Origin: Nemertoderma westbladi
Taxonomy: Eukaryota > Animalia > Xenacoelomorpha
Assembly (NCBI GenBank): GCA_032718475.1
Contig: JAUCBJ010000968.1
Coordinates: forward strand, 24,787 to 88,786
Length of the DNA: 64,000 bases
Reading direction: 5' to 3'
Positions 40,001 to 55,500 of the stretch are shown piece by piece. Position numbers and translations under genes: made by a program. Under the pieces are notes generated by a model. That model was not told the DNA's origin and ran no database searches. It worked only from the letters and a program-made list of their open reading frames with translations. Each line of letters begins with the position of its first letter. Position 1 is the first letter of the stretch.

Positions 40001-43000
40001 AATATTTGGATAACACCAAAGTAATTTAATAGTTGGATAACACCATTTAAGTAATTTATTAGTTGGATAACACCAATGTAAGTTATTAGTTGGATAACAC
40101 CAAAGTAAGTTATTAGTTGGATAACACCAAAGTAAGTTAATAGTTGGATAACACCAAAGTAAGTTGTTAGTTGGATAACACCAAAGTAAGTTAATAGTTG
40201 GATAACACCAAAGTAATTTAATATTTGGATAACACCAAAGTAAGTTATTAGTTTGATAACACCAAAGTAAGTTATTAGTTGGATAACACCAAAGTAAGTT
40301 ATTAGTTGGATAACACCAAAGTAAGTTGTTAGTTGGATAACACCAAAGTAAGTTAATAGTTGGATAACACCAAAGTAATTTAATATTTGGATAACACCAA
40401 AGTAATTTATTAGTTGGATAACACCAAAGTAAGTTATTAGTTTGATAAGTAAGTTATTAGTTGGATAACACCAAAGTAAGTTATTAGTTTGATAACACCA
40501 AAGTAAGTTATTAGTTGGATAACACCAAAGTAATGTAATATTTGGATAACACCAAAGTAATTTAATAGTTGGATAACACCATTTAAGTAATTTATTAGTT
40601 GGATAACACCAATGTAAGTTATTAGTTGGATAACACCAAAGTAAGTTATTAGTTGGATAACACCAAAGTAAGTTAATAGTTGGATAACACCAAAGTAATT
40701 TATTAGTTGGATAACACCAAAGTAATTTATTAGTTGGATAACACCAAAGTAAGTTATTAGTTGGATAACACCAAAGTAAGTTGTTAGTTGGATAACACCA
40801 AAGTAAGTTAATAGTTGGATAACACCAAAGTAATTTAATATTTGGATAACACCAAAGTAATTTATTAGTTGGATAACACCAAAGTAAGTTATTAGTTTGA
40901 TAACACCAAAGTAAGTTATTAGTTGGATAACACCAAAGTAATGTAATATTTGGATAACACCAAAGTAATTTAATAGTTGGATAACACCATTTAAGTAATT
41001 TATTAGTTGGATAACACCAATGTAAGTTATTAGTTGGATAACACCAAAGTAAGTTATTAGTTGGATAACACCAAAGTAAGTTAATAGTTGGATAACACCA
41101 AAGTAATTTATTAGTTGGATAACACTAAAGTAATTTATTAGTTGGATAACACCAAAGAAGTTGTTAGTTGGATAACACCAAAGTAAGTTAATAGTTGGAT
41201 AACACCAAAGTAATTTAATATTTGGATAACACCAAAGTAATTTATTAGTTGGATAACACCAAAGTAAGTTATTAGTTTCATAACACCAAAGTAAGTTATT
41301 AGTTGGATAACACCAAAGTAATGTAATATTTGGATAACACCAAAGTAATTTAATAGTTGGATAACACCATTTAAGTAATTTATTAGTTGGATAACACCAA
41401 TGTAAGTTATTAGTTGGATAACACCAAAGTAAGTTATTAGTTGGATAACACCAAAGTAAGTTATTTGTTGGATAACACCATTTAAGTAATTTATTAGTTG
41501 GATAACACCAAAGTAAGTTAATAGTTGGATAACACCATTTAAGTAATTTATTAGTTGGATAACACCAATGTAAGTTAATAGTTGGATAACACCAATGTAA
41601 GTTACTAGTTGGATAACACCAAAGTAAGTTATTAGTTGGATAACACCAAAGTAATTTATTAGTTGGATAACACAAAAGTAAGTTAATAGTTGGATAACAC
41701 CAAAGTAAGTTATTAGTTGGATAACACCAAAGTAATTTATTAGTTGGATAACACAAAAGTAAGTTAATAGTTGGATAACACCATTTAAGTAATTTATTAG
41801 TTGGATAACACCAAAGTAAGTTAATAGTTGGATAACACCATTTAAGTAATTTATTAGTTGGATAACACCAAAGTAAGTTAATAGTTGGATAACACCATTT
41901 AAGTAATTTATTAGTTGGATAACACCAATGTAAGTTAATAGTTGGATAACACCAATGTAAGTTACTAGTTGGATAACACCAAAGTAAGTTATTAGTTGGA
42001 TAACACCAACGTAATTTATTAGTTGGATAACACAAAAGTAATTTATTAGTTGGATAACCCAAAAGTAATTTATTTGTTGGATAACACCAATGTAAGTTAT
42101 TAGTTGGATAACACCAAAGTAAGTTATTAGTTGGATAACACCAAAGTAATTTATTAGTTGGATAACACCAAAGTAATTTATTAGTTAGATAACACAAAAG
42201 TAATTTATTAGTTGGATAACCCAAAAGTAATTTATTCGTTGGATAACACCAATGTAAGTTATTCGTTGGATAACACCAAAGTAAGTTAATAGTTGGATAA
42301 CCCAAAAGTAATTTATTAGTTAGATAACACAAAAGTAATTTATTAGTTGGATAACCCAAAAGTAATTTATTCGTTGGATAACACCAATGTAAGTTATTAG
42401 TTGGATAACACCAAAGTAATTTATTAGTTGGATAACACCAAAGTAATTTATTAGTTGGATAACACAAAAGTAATTTATTCGTTGGATAACACCAAAGTAA
42501 GTTATTAGTTAGATAACACAAAAGTAATTTATTAGTTGGATAACACCAATGTAAGTTATTAGTTGGATAACACCAAAGTAAGTTATTAGTTGGATAACAC
42601 CAAAGTAAGTTAATAGTTGGATAACACCATTTAAGTAATTTATTAGTTGGATAACACCAATGTAAGTTATTAGTTGGATAACACCAAAGTAAGTTATTAG
42701 TTGGATAACACCAAAGTAAGTTAATAGTTGGATAACCCAAAAGTAATTTATTAGTTAGATAACACAAAAGTACTTTATTAGTTGGATAACCCAAAAGTAA
42801 TTTATTCGTTGGATAACACAAAAGTAAGTAATTAGTTGGATAACACCAAAGTAAGTTAATAGTTGAATAACACCAAAGTAATTTATTAGTTGGATAACAC
42901 CAAAGTAAGTTATTAGTTGGATAACACCAAAGTAATTTATTAGTTGGATAACCCAAAAGTAATTTATTAGTTAGATAACACAAAAGTAAGTTATTAGTTG

Positions 43001-46000
43001 GATAACACCAAAGTAAGTTATTAGTTGGATAACACCAAAGTAAGTTATTAGTTGGATAACACAAAAGTAATTTATTAGTTGGATAACCCAAAAGTAATTT
43101 ATTAGTTAGATAACACAAAAGTAAGTTATTAGTTGGATAACACAAAAGTAAGTTAATAGTTGGATAACACCAAAGAAAGTTATTAGTTGGATAACACCAA
43201 AGTAAGTTATTAGTTGGATAACACCAATGTAAGTTATTAGTTAGATAACACAAAAGTAATTTATTAGTTGGATAACACCAAAGTAAGTTATTAGTTGGAT
43301 AACACCAAAGTAAGTTAATAGTTGGATAACACCAAAGTAATTTAATAGTTAGATAACACCATTTAAGTAATTTATTAGTTGGATAACACCAATGTAAGTT
43401 ATTAGTTGGATAACACCAAAGTAAGTTAATAGTTGGATAACCCAAAAGTAATTTATTAGTTAGATAACACAAAAGTAATTTATTAGTTGGATAACCCAAA
43501 AGTAATTTATTCGTTGGATAACACCAAAGTAAGTTATTAGTTGGATAACACCAAAGTAAGTTAATAGTTGGATAACCCAAAAGTAATTTATTAGTTGGAT
43601 AACCCAAAAGTAATTTATTAGTTGGATAACCCAAAAGTAATTTATTAGTTGGATAACACCAAAGTAAGTTATTAGTTGGATAACACCAAAGTAAGTTAAT
43701 AGTTGGATAACACCAAAGTAATTTATTAGTTGGATAACACCAAAGTAAGTTAATAGTTGGATAACCCAAAAGTAATTTATTAGTTGGATAACACAAAAGT
43801 AATTTATTAGTTGGATAACACAAAAGTAATTTATTAGTTGGATAACACCAAAGTAAGTTATTAGTTGGATAACACCAAAGTAAGTTAATAGTTGGATAAC
43901 ACAAAAGTAATTTATTAGTTGGATAACACAAAAGTAATTTATTAGTTGGATAACACCAAAGTAAGTTATTAGTTGGATAACACCAAAGTAAGTTAATAGT
44001 TGGATAACACCAAAGTAATTTATTAGTTGGATAACACCAAAGTAAGTTAATAGTTGGATAACCCAAAAGTAATTTATTAGTTGGATAACACAAAAGTAAT
44101 TTATTAGTAGGATAACACTAAAGTAATTTATTAGTTAGATAACACAAAAGTAATTTATTAGTTGGATAACACCAAAGTAAGTTATTAGTTGGATAACACC
44201 AAAGTAAGTTAATAGTTGGATAACACCAAAGTAAGTTATTAGTTGGATAACACCAAAGTAAGTTATTAGTTTGATAACACAAAAGTAATTTATTAGTTTG
44301 ATAACACAAAAGTAATGTAATATTTGGATAACACCAAAGTAATTTAATAGTTGGATAACACCATTTAAGTAATTTATTAGTTGGATAACACCAATGTAAG
44401 TTATTAGTTGGATAACACCAAAGTAAGTTATTAGTTGGATAACACCAAAGTAAGTTATTAGTTTGATAACACCAAAGTAAGTTAATAGTTGGATAACACA
44501 AAAGTAATTTATTAGTTGGATAACACCAAAGTAAGTTATTAGTTGGATAACACCAAAGTAAGTTATTAGTTGGATAACACCAAAGTAATGTAATATTTGG
44601 ATAACACCAAAGTAATTTAATAGTTGGATAACACCATTTAAGTAATTTATTAGTTGGATAACACCAATGTAAGTTATTAGTTGGATAACACCAAAGTAAG
44701 TTATTAGTTGGATAACACCAAAGTAAGTTATTTGTTGGATAACACCATTTAAGTAATTTATTAGTTGGATAACACCAAAGTAAGTTAATAGTTGGATAAC
44801 ACCATTTAAGTAATTTATTAGTTGGATAACACCAATGTAAGTTAATAGTTGGATAACACCAATGTAAGTTACTAGTTGGATAACACCAAAGTAAGTTATT
44901 AGTTGGATAACACCAAAGTAATTTATTAGTTGGATAACACAAAAGTAAGTTAATAGTTGGATAACACCAAAGTAAGTTATTAGTTGGATAACACCAAAGT
45001 AATTTATTAGTTGGATAACACAAAAGTAAGTTAATAGTTGGATAACACCATTTAAGTAATTTATTAGTTGGATAACACCAAAGTAAGTTAATAGTTGGAT
45101 AACACCATTTAAGTAATTTATTAGTTGGATAACACCAAAGTAAGTTAATAGTTGGATAACACCATTTAAGTAATTTATTAGTTGGATAACACCAATGTAA
45201 GTTAATAGTTGGATAACACCAATGTAAGTTACTAGTTGGATAACACCAAAGTAAGTTATTAGTTGGATAACACCAAAGTAATTTATTAGTTGGATAACAC
45301 AAAAGTAATTTATTAGTTGGATAACCCAAAAGTAATTTATTTGTTGGATAACACCAATGTAAGTTATTAGTTGGATAACACCAAAGTAAGTTATTAGTTG
45401 GATAACACCAAAGTAATTTATTAGTTGGATAACACCAAAGTAATTTATTAGTTAGATAACACAAAAGTAATTTATTAGTTGGATAACCCAAAAGTAATTT
45501 ATTCGTTGGATAACACCAATGTAAGTTATTCGTTGGATAACACCAAAGTAAGTTAATAGTTGGATAACCCAAAAGTAATTTATTAGTTAGATAACACAAA
45601 AGTAATTTATTAGTTGGATAACCCAAAAGTAATTTATTCGTTGGATAACACCAATGTAAGTTATTAGTTGGATAACACCAAAGTAATTTATTAGTTGGAT
45701 AACACCAAAGTAATTTATTAGTTGGATAACACAAAAGTAATTTATTCGTTGGATAACACCAAAGTAAGTTATTAGTTAGATAACACAAAAGTAATTTATT
45801 AGTTGGATAACACCAATGTAAGTTATTAGTTGGATAACACCAAAGTAAGTTATTAGTTGGATAACACCAAAGTAAGTTAATAGTTGGATAACACCATTTA
45901 AGTAATTTATTAGTTGGATAACACCAATGTAAGTTATTAGTTGGATAACACCAAAGTAAGTTATTAGTTGGATAACACCAAAGTAAGTTAATAGTTGGAT

Positions 46001-49000
46001 AACCCAAAAGTAATTTATTAGTTGGATAACCCAAAAGTAAGTAATTAGTTGGATAACACCAAAGTAAGTTAATAGTTGGATAACACCAAAGTAATTTATT
46101 AGTTGGATAACACCAAAGTAAGTTATTAGTTGGATAACACCAAAGTAATTTATTAGTTGGATAACCCAAAAGTAATTTATTAGTTAGATAACACAAAAGT
46201 AAGTTATTAGTTGGATAACACCAAAGTAAGTTATTAGTTGGATAACACCAAAGTAAGTAATTAGTTGGATAACACCAAAGTAAGTTAATAGTTGGATAAC
46301 ACCAAAGTAATTTATTAGTTGGATAACACCAAAGTAAGTTATTAGTTGGATAACACCAAAGTAATTTATTAGTTGGATAACCCAAAAGTAATTTATTAGT
46401 TAGATAACACAAAAGTAAGTTATTAGTTGGATAACACCAAAGTAAGTTATTAGTTGGATAACACCAAAGTAAGTTATTAGTTGGATAACACAAAAGTAAT
46501 TTATTAGTTGGATAACCCAAAAGTAATTTATTAGTTAGATAACACAAAAGTAAGTTATTAGTTGGATAACACAAAAGTAAGTTAATAGTTGGATAACACC
46601 AAAGAAAGTTATTAGTTGGATAACACCAAAGTAAGTTATTAGTTGGATAACACCAATGTAAGTTATTAGTTAGATAACACAAAAGTAATTTATTAGTTGG
46701 ATAACACCAAAGTAAGTTATTAGTTGGATAACACCAAAGTAAGTTAATAGTTGGATAACACCAAAGTAATTTAATAGTTAGATAACACCATTTAAGTAAT
46801 TTATTAGTTGGATAACACCAATGTAAGTTATTAGTTGGATAACACCAAAGTAAGTTAATAGTTGGATAACCCAAAAGTAATTTATTAGTTAGATAACACA
46901 AAAGTAATTTATTAGTTGGATAACCCAAAAGTAATTTATTCGTTGGATAACACCAAAGTAAGTTATTAGTTGGATAACACCAAAGTAAGTTAATAGTTGG
47001 ATAACCCAAAAGTAATTTATTAGTTGGATAACCCAAAAGTAATTTATTAGTTGGATAACCCAAAAGTAATTTATTAGTTGGATAACACCAAAGTAAGTTA
47101 TTAGTTGGATAACACCAAAGTAAGTTAATAGTTGGATAACACCAAAGTAATTTATTAGTTGGATAACACCAAAGTAAGTTAATAGTTGGATAACCCAAAA
47201 GTAATTTATTAGTTGGATAACACAAAAGTAATTTATTAGTTGGATAACACAAAAGTAATTTATTAGTTGGATAACACCAAAGTAAGTTATTAGTTGGATA
47301 ACACCAAAGTAAGTTAATAGTTGGATAACACAAAAGTAATTTATTAGTTGGATAACACAAAAGTAATTTATTAGTTGGATAACACCAAAGTAAGTTATTA
47401 GTTGGATAACACCAAAGTAAGTTAATAGTTGGATAACACCAAAGTAATTTATTAGTTGGATAACACCAAAGTAAGTTAATAGTTGGATAACCCAAAAGTA
47501 ATTTATTAGTTGGATAACACAAAAGTAATTTATTAGTTGGATAACACTAAAGTAATTTATTAGTTAGATAACACAAAAGTAATTTATTAGTTGGATAACA
47601 CCAAAGTAAGTTATTAGTTGGATAACACCAAAGTAAGTTAATAGTTGGATAACACCAAAGTAAGTTATTAGTTGGATAACACCAAAGTAAGTTATTAGTT
47701 TGATAACACAAAAGTAATTTATTAGTTTGATAACACAAAAGTAAGTTATTAGTTTGATAACACAAAAGTAATTTATTAGTTTGATAACACAAAAGTAATT
47801 TATTAGTTTGATAACACAAAAGTAATTTATTAGTTTGATAACACAAAAGTAATTTATTAGTTTGATAACACAAAAGTAATTTATTAGTTGGATAACACCA
47901 AAGTAAGTTATTAGTTGGATAACACCAAAGTAAGTTATTAGTTTGATAACACAAAAGTAAGTTATTAGTTTGATAACACAAAAGTAATTTATTAGTTTGA
48001 TAACACAAAAGTAAGTTATTAGTTTGATAACACAAAAGTAATTTATTAGTTTGATAACACAAAAGTAATTTATTAGTTGGATAACACCAAAGTAATTTAT
48101 TAGTTGGATAACACCAAAGTAAGTTATTAGTTGGATAACACCAAAGTAAGTTAATAGTTGGATAACACCAATGTAAGTTAATAGTTGGATAACACCATTT
48201 AAGTAATTTATTAGTTGGATAACACAAAAGTAATTTATTAGTTAGATAACACAAAAGTAATTTATTAGTTGGATAACAACAAAGTAAGTTATTAGTTAGA
48301 TAACACAAAAGTAATTTATTAGTTTGATAACACAAAAGTAATTTATTAGTTAGATAACACCAAAGTAAGTTATTAGTTGGATAACACCAAAGTAAGTTAT
48401 TAGTTGGATAACACCAAAGTAAGTTAATAGTTGGATAACACCAATGTAAGTTAATAGTTGGATAACACCATGTAAGTAATTTATTAGTTGGATAACACAA
48501 AAGTAATTTATTAGTTGGATAACACAAAAGTAATTTATTAGTTGGATAACACCAAATTAAGTTATTAGTTTGATAACACAAAAGTAATTTATTAGTTTGA
48601 TAACACAAAAGTAATTTATTAGTTGGATAACACCAAAGTAAGTTATTAGTTTGATAACACAAAAGTAATTTATTAGTTGGATAACACCAAAGTAAGTTAT
48701 TAGTTGGATAACACCAAAGTAAGTTAATAGTTGGATAACACCAATGTAAGTTAATAGTTGGATAACACCATTTAAGTAATTTATTAGTTGGATAACACAA
48801 AAGTAATTTATTAGTTGGATAACACAAAAGTAATTTATTAGTTGGATAACACCAAAGTAAGTTATTAGTTTGATAACACAAAAGTAATTTATTAGTTTGA
48901 TAACCCAAAAGTAATTTATTCGTTGGATAACACAAAAGTAATTTATTAGTTGGATAACACAAAAGTAATTTATTAGTTGGATAACACAAAAGTAATTTAT

Positions 49001-49386
49001 TAGTTAGATAACACAAAAGTAATTTATTAGTTGGATAACACCAAAGTAAGTTATTAGTTGGATAACACCAAAGTAAGTTATTAGTTGGATAACACCAAAG
49101 TAAGTTAATAGTTGGATAACACCAATGTAAGTTAATAGTTGGATAACACCATTTAAGTAATTTATTAGTTGGATAACACAAAAGTAATTTATTAGTTGGA
49201 TAACACAAAAGTAATTTATTAGTTGGATAACACCAAAGTAAGTTATTAGTTTGATAACACAAAAGTAATTTATTAGTTTGATAACACAAAAGTAATTTTT
49301 TTGTTGGATAACACAAAAGTAATTTATTAGTTGGATAACCCAAAAGTAATTTATTAGTTGGATAACACAAAAGTAATTTATTAGTT
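37073..49386. repeat. ~12.3 kb satellite of 27-bp units (AGTTGGATAACACCAAAGTAAGTTATT)n with 30-bp variants and a ~3.4 kb higher-order duplication
   Basis: Unit read directly; the ORFs starting at 44093 and 47522 share hundreds of identical repeat-variant residues (offset 3429 bp). Confidence 0.98.
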
Positions 49387-49569
49387 GTTTTTCTTCATAA
49401 CCATTTTGTTATTTTGGCAATTTAATTTATATATATTTCAGTGAATTTTTCTTTTTTATAGATAGGCGATTCATTACAAGCTAAAACTTATAGGATTTTA
49501 TGTCTGGTTTTTTCAATATGTTAATAATTATTGGAATGCCATGATGTTATAATTTAATAAGAGTCATTA

Positions 49570-52500
49570 ATGGACGCTATTGCATTGGCCTCCTATCATC
49601 CTCTCTGGACCATACGGGACCAAGTCAAATATCTAAGCAGCCGCGGCAATAATTCGTCGGATAGTTCAATGAGCTATCAGACCTTTCCCAGTGTGGAGGA
49701 ACAGATTGCCGCTAATATACGTGAAGAAAATAATGATGAGACTGATAAATCCCCTTCATCTGTATATAATCTCCAATACAGTCTCCAATACATACCCGAC
49801 AAATCTCGACAATGGAGCGATCTCGCATATAAAAGGTAATAATAGCAACTATTATTAATGTGTAATCACGGACTTTACAAAATATTTGGCTAAATTCGGT
49901 TTGGGCGAATTAGCGCAAACCAATAAACAAGATTCGAAGCACAATTTTGCTACTATGGTGACAACAGTTATGCTCGTAATGAGCTGTTATTTGGGTCGAC
50001 TTTCCCTAGATGAAGTCCCCACCCCACCCCCTGTTTTGTTTACCAATAAATACTCGAAGTTTGTTTTTGGTAATTCTACTACTGATGGATGATGGACGGA
50101 AATAAGATCCTTACACGCATCCCGATTCTCCATGGTTGTCGCAATTTCGTTTCTCACCTAAATTTTCCCTTTCAAGCTTCATCCGGTCGGCCACACGGCT
50201 ACGCCTTTCTTGTGTTGGTTGCCAGAAAAAACTGCCAGTATTGTATGATTAATAATAATAATAAAAGTAGATCAGATATGACCTCATGTTTACTTATCCA
50301 GCAGTGCCCACTGTAGATCTGATATGACCTCATGTTTACTTCTCCAGCAGTGCCCACTGTAGATCTGATATTACCTCATGTTTACTTCTCCAGCAGTGCC
50401 CACTGTAGATCTGATATGACCTCATGTTTACTTCTCCAGCAGTGCCCACTGTAGATCTGATATGACCTCATGTTTACTTCTCCAGCAGTGCCCACTGTAG
50501 ATCTGATATTACCTCATGTTTACTTCTCCAGCAGTGCCCACTGTAGATCTGATATGACCTCATGTTTACTTCTCCAGCAGTGCCCACTGTAGATCTGATA
50601 TGACCTCATGTTTACTTCTCCAGCAGTGCCCCCAGTAGATCTGATATGACCTCATGTTTACTTCTCCAGCAGTGCCCACAGTAGATCTGATATTACCTCA
50701 TGTTTACTTCTCCAGCAGTGCCCACAGTAGATCTGATATGACCTCATGTTTACTTCTCCAGCAGTGCCCACGGTAGATCTGATTTTACCTCATGTTTACT
50801 TCTCCAGCAGGCCCACAGTAGATCTGATATGACCTCATGTTTACTTCTCCAGCAGTGCCCACAGTAGATCTGATATGACCTCATGTTTACTTCTCCAGCA
50901 GTGCCCACTGTAGATCTGATAGGACCTCATGTTTACTTCTCCAGCAGTGCCCACAGTAGATCTGATATGACCTCATGTTTACTTCTCCAGCAGTGCCCAC
51001 AGTAGATCTGATATGACCTCATGTTTACTTCTCCAGCAGTGCCCACAGTAGATCTGATATTACCTCACGTTTACTTCTCCAGCAGTGCCCACAGTAGATC
51101 TGATATGACCTCATGTTTACTTCTCCAGCAGTGCCCACAGTAGATCTGATATGACCTCATGTTTACTTCTCCAGCAGTGCCCATGGTAGATCTGATATTA
51201 CCTCATGTTTACTTCTCCAGCAGGCCCACAGTAGATCTGATATGACCTCATGTTTACTTCTCCAGCAGTGCCCACAGTAGATCTGATATGACCTCATGTT
51301 TACTTCTCCAGCAGTGCCAACTGTAGATCTGATAGGACCTCATGTTTACTTCTCCAGCAGTGCCCACAGTAGATCTGATATGACCTCATGTTTACTTCTC
51401 CAGCAGTGCCCACAGTAGATCTGATATGACCTCATGTTTACTTCTCCAGCAGTGCCCACAGTAGATCTGATATTACCTCACGTTTACTTCTCCAGCAGTG
51501 CCCACAGTAGATCTGATATGACCTCATGTTTACTTCTCCAGCAGTGCCCACAGTAGATCTGATATGACCTCATGTTTACTTCTCCAGCAGTGCCCACAGT
51601 AGATCTGATATTACCTCATGTTTACTTCTCCAGCAGTGCCCACTGTAGATCTGATATGACCTCATGTTTACTTCTCCAGCAGTGCCCACAGTAGATCTGA
51701 TATGACCTCATGTTTACTTCTCCAGCAGTGCCAACTGTAGATCTGATAGGACCTCATGTTTACTTCTCCAGCAGTGCCCACAGTAGATCTGATATGACCT
51801 CATGTTTATTTATTATTATTATTTTATATTATTGTTATTATTCATGGTTATGTTTATCATTTTTCAACGTTCTTTAGTTAATTTTTATCGGTGTTGGACA
51901 AGTGGTAGCATTTATATGCAATCCAACGTCAAAATTATTATGTTGCATATCAGCAACCATAGGGAGACAGATTTCTTCGATATTGTAAGCTGGTACACCG
52001 AGGTCTCGTTGGTGATTCACCAATAAAATAATGAATGAAAAGTATTGTATTTATACAGGTTGGAATCAAAATCATTGCTCGATAAATTGAAGTTCAGGCC
52101 TAGCGCGAAATTGGGCATTGTTTACGTGAGTCCGTACTGGGATAGATTGCCGGAACTAAAAGTATGTCGGCTGTCCAACGAAATACGAAGCGCTTATTCG
52201 GGACCGCATGGTGGGTTAATGAAAGCTGCTGAATCCAATATCATTACTCAGAAACAAGGAATTGAGAAATTTGGACCAGCCAGGTAAGTTAGTTTATTTA
52301 TAAAGTGAGCAGGTGTTGGAAAGCTAAATGTGACATACTCTTAAAAATGTACTAAAGTAAAGCGAAAATTAATTTTGATATCCTACTATTAGTCCCTATT
52401 TGAGTCAGAATTTGTATTTTGCTTTCAAACTTCCACAGTGTTTGAAAATAATAATATCTCCATCGACACTTACAAATCATCGCACCACAGAGCTATTCCT

Positions 52501-55500
52501 TGGAACTATTCGTTTTACAGTATTTGTTGTCACATCGTGATGGCCTTATAAGGATCAAATATATGAATTTCAGAGAAATGGATGAGGCGAGGCATTTGCA
52601 AGTTGTATGTAATAGTATTCCTAGTGTGAAAACTGAGGTCAATTCTCTCAAAATTTGGGTAGTGTGGGACCCACATTGCGGGTCATTAATTTACATAACT
52701 CCGTCCAACAACGTCCAACAACATGAGTTGCCATGGAGTCGCTTAATTTATTAATTATCATTTTAGCCAAACCTCTGAAAGTGAAGGATTTTTCGCTGAC
52801 TGTTCCTCGTTTGAAAAATCCCAATCAAACCAAAAAGATGTAGAAGTCAATCTCACTGAGTCCGAAGCTGAACACACCCCTAGGGGAGATGATGATAACA
52901 TCGACTATCTCACTGAGTCCACACGTGAACACCCCACTAGGAGAGACGATGATACGATCGACTTTAACGTCGAAGCAACCAAGTCCACAGAGATGGAAAT
53001 GGAAATTACTGAATCCGACAACGATTACAAAACTTTCACAAAACTAGTAAACGCCACCAAACAGAAATACGATTCATATATCGCTAATTATTGGATGACC
53101 TTTAAGAAGAACAACAGCAGTTCTAAATTCCGGACAGCCGAATCTCCAACAGTGAATAAACAACTAGAAACACCACGTAATACACCCCCTACTAACAACA
53201 GTATAAAATATTTGAGAAACAAAGTATTGCGGAGAAAAGTTAGCAGGAAACAGAGTGTAACAAAACCACTCACACCTCTACCTTTACTTCCATTGACTCA
53301 CGTGACTTCGGATACCGAACAGATAGTTACCCAAAAGATACTCAGACGACGCAGCAGCGTGTGTGGAAACCATCAACGCGGCGTGGATATCGATGTGGAT
53401 GCAGTGGAAGCTGTAGATGGCGTCGTCAAACTGGAGATTAGTACCGATGGGTACGAGTCATCAAATGAAACTAATGTTTCATATGGCCAAGTGAGTCATG
53501 ATACTTTAAAAGTACATTCTGCTGCATCCTACTGAGATTCTCTGTTGCACCAATATTATAATGATATTTACTCGAACGACTAATACAACAGATATCCGTC
53601 TCCAGGGGTCGTAATACATGAATAAGGTATTCAATTAATGTAGCAACCATGTTGATGGGGGTTAACAATTTCGCAATCTCGTAATTCACTTTTTCGAAAT
53701 AGTTAATAAAAAAAAATGAAAAACCCATATATTTTAAACGTAATGCGCACAAATTTATATTACGATACGACTATATCACTTTATATTACAGTAGGCCAAC
53801 TATCAACCATGTTATCCAGAGCCGTTGAGAATGGATAAAATGTAGTATCGGCAATATAGATACAGTATCTCTACTCTGATTAAACGCGTTTATAGGAGGC
53901 GGAATTGGTTGCTGGCCATCCTACATGGAACTGCTACACTGATGATGCAGCATTCGGGATGTCCCAATCGCTATACGAGTACGATCTGTCGATTGGACAG
54001 TGTTGCGGCGAACCGGTTGCTGATTGCTTCGCCGTTTGTAATCGCGAGAACTCAGCTGTTCTGGCTATAGCCGATGGGGTCAGCTGGGGTGTCAAAGCCA
54101 GGATGGCTGCCAGAGCCGCGGTATATGGAGTCATGGATTATATCAATAAAATGTTATCCAGGTTGTTACTTTGAACAATGCAGTAACGATCCTCGAACAA
54201 TCTGTTCTCCTTAAATTCCCTGTGGGCGCATCAACGTCCAGGTGATATCGAACTGGTGACTACCAGTTTTGAAATCTAAACATCCCGATAGAAGACCCGA
54301 GTAGACCGATATAGTAAGACCTGCAAATATACAATGTATGACCGCAACTTATATTTCTACCTGCATTTTGGCTGAGCCACTATCGGAATGGTTAGATCAG
54401 TTCGATCCCACCTGGACGGCAATGCTGACATTGTGAAGCCATCCATTTACCTAATAAATAATTCTACTATAATATGTACAGTAGTGCAGTATAAATCACA
54501 CGCCTAGATCTTACCTTTGAACCTTTATTTCAGGCTCCATATAACGACAACAAACGAAATTTTCCAAATGCTAATTAGGGCTTTCGAGTCTGCACAAGCA
54601 ACAATCATCAATCAGAAAGCCACACTGACAACGTTGACTGTAGCTGTTGTGGTTCCGTTACTTAGCAACGACAGATGGGTGATATGCACCATGGGTGTGG
54701 GGGACAGTCTGGCCTTCCGATGGTCACCTACAGACGGGTTGAACGAACTAACTATAGGATCTCGTGTCGGGACCAGCAAGGTGGGTCTATAAGTATACTG
54801 TAGTTAGACCAACAAGATCGAGCCATGTTATGCGACTTATGTACGAACACATTGTGTCAAGTAGAACAAATCTCCAATCAGACTCTATACATAATTGGAG
54901 GTGTTTTATCAGCCCCCACATGCTTAGCACTTGAAAAGAGCCGCTTCCGCTTTGCAGAACAATGCTTTCGCAATGAGGATCACCCATTGCTCAATATTGT
55001 GCTTTGGCGGGCTCATGGAGTGAATAAGCATGGTGGGCTGCCCATGACTATCTTGAGACGCCTCTTAAAGGACACTGGCCTAAATTTGCGGTTGATCGAG
55101 CATTTGCGGTTGATCGAGCAAATATCATGAGGGACAGGGAGTTGTGGCGGTGCGATTTTGTCGACAGGTCGGCATAGCATTCTTAATATATATATTAATT
55201 TATACATGCAGTTCCTCGGCAGCATGTCGATAGTAGTAATAGTAGCATAAACAGAGTGGAAGTGTTTACTGTGGAAGATCACCCATGGTGGTGAACAGGA
55301 ATTCCTTTAGGAAACAGAGTGGAAGTGTTTACTGTGGAAGATCTCCCATGGTGGTGAACAGGCATTCCTTTAGGAAACAGAGTGGAAGTGTTTACTGTGG
55401 AAGATCACCCATGGTGGTGAACAGGCATTTCTTTAGGAAACAGAGTGGAAGTGTTTACTGTGGAAGATCCCCCATGGTGGTGAACAGGCATTCTTTTAGG

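Noticed and set aside
37011-49370. Very long minus-strand ORFs (334-1218 aa, WCYPTNNLL repeats)
   Set aside because: They are translations of a 27-bp satellite whose length is a multiple of 3; frames switch at indels, most starts are non-ATG and there is no unique domain.
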